A DNA stretch of 60,889 bases from a virus (taxonomy: Duplodnaviria; Caudoviricetes). The position numbers and the translations under genes are program-made. The stretch is from positions 1 to 60,889 of the IMG/VR virus record IMGVR_UViG_3300044641_005368; one strand, 5' to 3'. Each line of letters starts with the position of its first letter. Within the stretch, counting starts at the first letter, position 1. The notes beneath the pieces are model-generated. The model saw only the letters and a program-made list of their open reading frames with translations. It did no database searches and was not told where the DNA came from. Below, piece by piece: positions 56,180 to 60,889 of this stretch.

Positions 56180-58761
56180 GGTTTACGTCTCCTAACGCCT
56201 CTTAGATCACCGGAAGCTCCTCCGCCTCCAGAACTTCCTCCCCCACCGCCAGAGGATGATCCTCCAGTGGTAGTACTGCCAGTTGTAGCAATGCCAACTG
56301 CGCTTAAAGCAGCTTGCGCAACAATAATTGCAGCAACAACTGTTTCCTGTGCTTCTTCACGTTCTTCTGGACTCATATCCGCACCAATGCTTCCTAAAGC
56401 TTGGAGGGCTTGTCCTGGGTCGCTAAATATTGCGCCAATTAGTTCTGATGGGTTCTCTAGTAAAACGAGAGCCGCAGCAACGTCTGCAGTAATTATAACT
56501 TCGTTACCGTTCTCATCCTGTCTAACCTCAACAGGAGTATCAGCAGGCAGGTCTTTATACTCAAGGCCTGCTGCAGCAATTGCTTCAGAAGTAACAGCTT
56601 CACCAGGGGCAACAGATGCAATAAGAGCTTCAGCTACAACAGCTTTCTCTTCATTTGTTAACTTGCCATCGGCCATTGCGTCCTTGACAGCTTCTGCTAC
56701 AGTAGTCTCCTCATTAACAGGAGGTTCTAATGGTTCTGTGGACGGATTTTCTTGCTCTGTTTCTGGTGACTCTGGTTCTGGTGTTGATTCCTCGGGTGTT
56801 TCAACTTCCGAAGGAGTCTCCTCGTCTTCTACGGCTGGCTCTTCGGGGGCTTCCTCTTGTGGTTGCTCTTCTGTGGGTTCTGATGGCTCTTCTGTATCGG
56901 GCTCAGTAGATGAGTCTGTGGGTTGATCTTCGGAATCTTCAGGAAAATCTTCAGGATTCTCAGACTCGTCTGGAGTGTCTGAAGGAGTGTCATCTTCAGG
57001 AGTATCCACTGGTTCCTCTTCCGGATTTTCTGTTTCCTCTTCAGAAGGCTCTTCAGGAGTCTCTGGAACAACTGGCTCCTCTACAGGATCAGGTGAAACG
57101 GGATCATCTGAAGGCGCAGGCTCAGCTGGCTCAGAAGGCTCTGTCGGAGTCGGTTCCTGAGGCTGGGTCTCTGGCTGAGGCTGAGGCAAAGGAGAAGGCT
57201 CAGGCTGAGGCTCGGGCTGCGGCTCTGGCGAAGGGGTGGGGCTGGGTTCTGGGAGTGGAGAAGGAGTAGGCTGTGGAGGTTCTGGCTGTGGTGTTGGCTC
57301 CACTGGTTGTGGCTCTACTGGTGTTGGCGTTGGTTCGACAGGAACGGGAGTAGGCTCAGGTGAAGGTTCGGGTGTTGGCTGTGGTTGCGGTTCTGGCTGC
57401 GGGACTGGTGTTGGCTCTGGTGTTGGTACGGGAGTTGGCTCAGGCTCTGGAGTCGGCTGAGGAACAGGAGTAGGTTCTGGTGTCGGAGTTGGTTCTGGGG
57501 TTGGTTCTGGGGTTGGTGTTGGCGTTGGTTCTGGTTGTGGCTGTGGTGTTGGTTCTGGTGTGGGCGTGGGAGTCGGAATGGGTTCAGGCTCAGGAACGGG
57601 CTCAGGTTGAGGAGTAGGATTTGGGACTGGAGTTGGCTCTGGTTCCGGTGTGGGTGTAGGCGTAGGTTCAGGCTCTGGTGTTGGTGTAGGAACTGGTTCT
57701 GGACTAGGTGGAGGAGTAGGCTCAACAACTGGTTCAGGGGTTAACTCAATAGGTTGTTCAATCTGAGTAACGCCCGCTTGTTCTAATGAAACAACTGTTC
57801 CATTTTGCAAACGTGCGCCAGTTCTTTCGTCACCAAACAAGCGTCCTTCAACAGAATATGTGTAAGAAACATTTCCATCTGTAAGGATTTGTGCGGTAAT
57901 AACGATCTGTGTAGTTTCCCCAGTCATAGCACCGTAAGGACGATACTTGCCGTCTACTTGAAACCCGCCTTCTGAGGTTCTAATAATGAAGTGGGTATCT
58001 GGCATGTACCCAGGCAAAGCCCACCAGTCCCTAGATTCAATAGAGATTGATGGAGTACTTGGGTAGGTGTGGAAAGTTCCGTCTGGCTGACCAAAGGTTA
58101 TTACAGAGTTCGTAGTGGCGTAGACATCTGTATACTCAACACCGTTAAATAAAACTGAAGTGGTCAACGGGATTCTGTAAGAAGAATCATCCCCTCCGCC
58201 AGTTACAGTTTCAACTACTACAGGTGGAGGAGTTGTAGATGTCAGGGTGGCAGTCTCTTGCGTTGTTGGTTGTGTTTGTGTTGGGCTATCTTGTGTCGTG
58301 GATGCAGTGGTATCAGCCGGAGCTGGAGAAGGTTCAGTTGTTGTCTGAGGAGCTGGTTCGGTCGAAGACGAAGACTCAGTCGTTGCAGATTGATTTGGAT
58401 CGGATTGCTGAGAAGAATCAGAAGTGGGCGAAGAAGAAGGTTGAGGGGTTGATGTCGGGGATGGAGTTGCCTCAGCAGAACTTGTCGTACTGGAAGTTTG
58501 AGGGTCCGAAGTTGCAGGCGAGGGTTCTGGAGTTGGAGATGCAATTGGAGCAGTTGCGGTCCCAGACTCTGTGGAAGGACTAGTAGATGTCACAACCAGA
58601 GGCTCCTGATTGGAAGAAGGACTCTCGGAAGGCGATGGAGTTGTCTCTTCAGCGACTGCAGGAGTCACCGAAAGAAGCAGATAAATAAACCCTGCTCCTA
58701 AAATAAAACCGACTTTTTGTGTTAACCCGTGTAGTGCTGCGAATATACGCAGTGTGTTTAT
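56176..58761 (-). CDS. Giant Pro/Thr/Glu-rich membrane-anchored surface protein with a NIDO-like domain
   Basis: S/T/P linker, GGDD...IPL...F.G..Y..VY.TTNS.ITFG domain, (EP/TP)n stalk, C-terminal hydrophobic segment and RRRKP. The signal peptide is complete only from the ATA at 58761. Confidence 0.8.
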   Translation of the reverse strand: MNTLRIFAALHGLTQKVGFILGAGFIYLLLSVTPAVAEETTPSPSESPSSNQEPLVVTSTSPSTESGTATAPIASPTPEPSPATSDPQTSSTTSSAEATPSPTSTPQPSSSPTSDSSQQSDPNQSATTESSSSTEPAPQTTTEPSPAPADTTASTTQDSPTQTQPTTQETATLTSTTPPPVVVETVTGGGDDSSYRIPLTTSVLFNGVEYTDVYATTNSVITFGQPDGTFHTYPSTPSISIESRDWWALPGYMPDTHFIIRTSEGGFQVDGKYRPYGAMTGETTQIVITAQILTDGNVSYTYSVEGRLFGDERTGARLQNGTVVSLEQAGVTQIEQPIELTPEPVVEPTPPPSPEPVPTPTPEPEPTPTPTPEPEPTPVPNPTPQPEPVPEPEPIPTPTPTPEPTPQPQPEPTPTPTPEPTPEPTPTPEPTPVPQPTPEPEPTPVPTPEPTPVPQPEPQPQPTPEPSPEPTPVPVEPTPTPVEPQPVEPTPQPEPPQPTPSPLPEPSPTPSPEPQPEPQPEPSPLPQPQPETQPQEPTPTEPSEPAEPAPSDDPVSPDPVEEPVVPETPEEPSEEETENPEEEPVDTPEDDTPSDTPDESENPEDFPEDSEDQPTDSSTEPDTEEPSEPTEEQPQEEAPEEPAVEDEETPSEVETPEESTPEPESPETEQENPSTEPLEPPVNEETTVAEAVKDAMADGKLTNEEKAVVAEALIASVAPGEAVTSEAIAAAGLEYKDLPADTPVEVRQDENGNEVIITADVAAALVLLENPSELIGAIFSDPGQALQALGSIGADMSPEEREEAQETVVAAIIVAQAALSAVGIATTGSTTTGGSSSGGGGGSSGGGGASGDLRGVRRRKP
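57150..57740 (-). repeat. Coding low-complexity PEPTP/PQP repeats
   Basis: Degenerate repeats encoding the proline-rich stalk. Confidence 0.85.
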
Positions 58762-58785
58762 AGTTCTCTCCTAAACTAGTTATTT

Positions 58786-58989
58786 CTAGTTTAGCAAATT
58801 AATTTCACCTGTCGGGTCAAAGATTTCTAACGCTTTTACTTTTAGGTCGTTACTCATTTTACGTGCGTGATGACCGCAAAACATAAGCTCACCGTGTAAA
58901 AAAGTTGCAATTACTGAAGCTGCTGCGCTGCATGAGTCACAGCGGTCATTAGCAGTTAGTTCTCTAGTTACTAAAGATGTATCTGTCAT
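58786..58989 (-). CDS. Conserved actinobacterial-type small Zn-binding protein
   Basis: LTANDRCDSC...GELMFCGHH; ATG with AAGGAG RBS at 58989. Confidence 0.8.
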   Translation of the reverse strand: MTDTSLVTRELTANDRCDSCSAAASVIATFLHGELMFCGHHARKMSNDLKVKALEIFDPTGEINLLN

Positions 58990-59045
58990 TACTTGCTCCT
59001 TTTCGTTATATGAGCAGTTTACCCACATGCTCAGGTGCTGACCTA

Positions 59046-59534
59046 CTATTTGATAGAAATCTTTTTAGCCTTCTTATGCTCTGGGATTTCACGCTCTAAT
59101 GAGATGGTCAAAATGCCGTCAGACATGGTTGCTTTCAATACCTTCATATCGCCGGACAAGATGAACTTTTGTTCAAAGTCTCTTGCGGCAATCCCCTTAT
59201 GAAGATACTCACCCTCAGAGGAGTCTTTGCTGCCAGTGATAGTAAGCATGTCTTCCTTTACCTCAATTTCAATCTCTGCTTTTGTAAAACCTGCGGCAGC
59301 GAGTTGAATTTCATACTTATCATCTTCTAACGAAACGATGTTGTATGGAGGATAGGTAGGTTTTGTGGTTTTGCGAAGCTCTTCCATAACGCGGAAGGGA
59401 TGGTCGAATCCAATAGTCCAAGATTGTAAAAATGGATTTAGTAGTTCAAATGGATTTGCTGTTGCTGGAGCTGGTTTTTTAACATGCTCCCATTGTTCAT
59501 AATTTGGGTATTTACCCATAGGCATATGTGCCAT
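59046..59534 (-). CDS. Small heat-shock protein (Hsp20, IbpA-like)
   Basis: IGFD, YPPYNI, AAAGF, YLHKGIAARDF, DGILTISLE.EIPE.KK. Confidence 0.95.
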   Translation of the reverse strand: MAHMPMGKYPNYEQWEHVKKPAPATANPFELLNPFLQSWTIGFDHPFRVMEELRKTTKPTYPPYNIVSLEDDKYEIQLAAAGFTKAEIEIEVKEDMLTITGSKDSSEGEYLHKGIAARDFEQKFILSGDMKVLKATMSDGILTISLEREIPEHKKAKKISIK

Positions 59535-59611
59535 AGTTCTCTCCTTAGACGAGACTAGTTATATCGGCTCCCGTTCGGCGAGCCGTGTATATAACTATAT
59601 CAAAGAGAGAT

Positions 59612-59779
59612 TTATTCCTTCTCTGAAGCTCTTAAATCTTTTTCGATCTTCTTACCCTCTTTGCGGTTTCTACGGCGCTGTGAGGGGCCTACAGAGGGCC
59701 CTAAGACCGAAGTCTTTAGGAACTCGTCAGTTGACTTGTTGGTAGGGATAAATTGCCCTGCACCTTGGTAATTTGGCAT
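59612..59779 (-). CDS. Small hypothetical protein (55 aa)
   Basis: Hand translation MPNYQGAGQFIPTNKSTDEFLK...; TAATG overlap. Confidence 0.6.
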   Translation of the reverse strand: MPNYQGAGQFIPTNKSTDEFLKTSVLGPSVGPSQRRRNRKEGKKIEKDLRASEKE

Positions 59780-59955
59780 TACTGGCCTCCTAAATACTTT
59801 TTGCGGTTTTCTGAAAACTTAGATTGATTAACAGCAGCCTCGCGCACTTCAGGGCTGGCTTTATCCATACCTTCTGAAGATTGGCGTGCAAGATGAACTT
59901 GGTAGTCAAACTCTTCTTGACGCTTAGAGCGAGGATCTTGCTGGCGATTAATCAT
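59779..59955 (-). CDS. Small hypothetical protein (58 aa)
   Basis: Hand translation MINRQQDPRSKRQEEFDYQVHLAR...; TAATG overlaps. Confidence 0.6.
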   Translation of the reverse strand: MINRQQDPRSKRQEEFDYQVHLARQSSEGMDKASPEVREAAVNQSKFSENRKKYLGGQ

Positions 59956-60272
59956 TAGTTGAGTGTACGTCCGCGAGTTGACTTTGGTGCACGAGCTTTT
60001 GCTAGCTCAGCGCCGCTTACAGAAAGAGGATTTCCGTCTTTTGCTGAACGCATAGCTTGAGCTACAGTACGGGTGCCCTTGGCAACAATACGGGCTCCTA
60101 CACGACCTTCTTTTACAGACTGTGCGTACATTTGGTCAAAAGTCATATCGTCTTTAGCTTCGCTTCGTGCCTCATTTTGAACATCAGCGCGTCGTGCTAG
60201 TTCTATAGTATCTGCAGGATTTCCCTTACGGAAAACGTTCATGCTTCCAAACTGACCTTTATCTGTGTTCAT
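59955..60272 (-). CDS. Hypothetical protein
   Basis: Coupled ORF (ATGA overlap). Confidence 0.65.
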   Translation of the reverse strand: MNTDKGQFGSMNVFRKGNPADTIELARRADVQNEARSEAKDDMTFDQMYAQSVKEGRVGARIVAKGTRTVAQAMRSAKDGNPLSVSGAELAKARAPKSTRGRTLN

Positions 60273-60562
60273 TTCTCGTTCTCCTTTTTGCCTGCACGGC
60301 GCTTGTTCTCTTTTGCTGTGTTCTTGCTTCTAGAGATAGCGCGAAGGTTACCTTTAGAGTCATTGTTGTGATTGTTGTCCTTGTGGTCAACAGTCGTGTT
60401 CTTAGATTTAATCTTGCCGTTCTTTGACTCGTAATCTGCACGAGCCTTGTTCTTAGATGTGGTAACCCACTTACCATCTACCTTCTTCTTGTAGACGTAG
60501 ATAGGGCGACCGCCATTAGCATCAGAGCCCTTATAAGGGCCAAACTTCTTTGCTTCAGCCAT
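60269..60562 (-). CDS. Small HNH endonuclease
   Basis: VDHKDNNHNNDSKGNLRAISRSKN HNH/HNN motif. Confidence 0.8.
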   Translation of the reverse strand: MAEAKKFGPYKGSDANGGRPIYVYKKKVDGKWVTTSKNKARADYESKNGKIKSKNTTVDHKDNNHNNDSKGNLRAISRSKNTAKENKRRAGKKENEK

Positions 60563-60743
60563 TCTTCTTGTGCCAATCCTTAGTAGCTTTTACACCCTGG
60601 CTGACAGTCTTAGCTCCAGCCTTCTTTGTAAGGTTGATCTTGTCGTACTTGCCCTTACTGCCTGCGTGGTCAACAATAACATCACCCTTTTTGTTTTTCT
60701 TAATGGTGTGCTTTTGTCCAGCTGCTTTAATTGTCTTAGCCAT
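60555..60743 (-). CDS. Small basic hypothetical protein
   Basis: K-rich, 62 aa, coupled to its neighbours. Confidence 0.65.
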   Translation of the reverse strand: MAKTIKAAGQKHTIKKNKKGDVIVDHAGSKGKYDKINLTKKAGAKTVSQGVKATKDWHKKNG

Positions 60744-60889
60744 TATCGACCTGTATCAATGTACTCAGATTGGTAGCTAGATTCGCGTGATGGTCTAATA
60801 GCTGGCTCAGATGGAGAGGTTGTCATGTTAGATGAACCCATTTTAAATGCGGCTGTTCTTCCTGCGTAATTTGCTACAGATTGACCAAC

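Noticed and set aside
56267-58701. Plus-strand ORFs opposite the Pro-rich gene, and similar shadow ORFs elsewhere (e.g. 5897, 15399, 35202, 39204)
   Set aside because: They are antisense shadows of low-complexity or codon-biased minus-strand genes and have no recognisable motifs.
60269-60562. Intron-encoded homing endonuclease
   Set aside because: It is a short free-standing HNH coupled to its neighbours, with no interrupted gene or intron structure seen.

Overview
The window is a 61-kb segment of a tailed dsDNA phage with a contractile tail (myovirus). The host is probably an actinobacterium, possibly a low-GC freshwater lineage; this is inferred from a whiB gene, an actinobacterial-type small CxxC protein and moderate GC. 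Almost all genes lie on the minus strand. In transcription order (right to left) they are: small accessory genes (HNH, Hsp20); a cell-envelope and lysis cassette (giant Pro/Thr/Glu-rich surface protein, membrane proteins, lipoprotein, CHAP amidase); an unusual operon (FN3/Calx-beta protein with 12 PVIIA(T/E) repeats and a C-terminal Hint domain, then a DUF6065-like protein, a minimal nucleotidyltransferase, a Cys-rich miniprotein and two 2OG-Fe(II) oxygenases); a PASTA-domain protein; the only plus-strand pair (secreted lytic transglycosylase and WhiB); terminase, portal, scaffold and N4-gp56-type capsid; neck proteins, collagen-like fibres, three tandem paralogous fibre proteins and a GT2-TPR glycosyltransferase; six coupled Lys-rich microproteins; sheath, tube, chaperone, tape measure and baseplate; and a replication module (initiator, DnaC-like loader, DnaB, primase, dNMP kinase, SNF2 helicase). 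The best candidate for a new system is the repeat-Hint protein with its putative tailoring enzymes (49.1-54.1 kb). Other highlights are a probable +1 frameshift at UUU_CGU in the tail chaperone, a gp5/VgrG OB-fold split by a C1q-like domain, a probable AUA start codon, and several structured RNA candidates. All family assignments come from reading motifs by eye; no searches were run.
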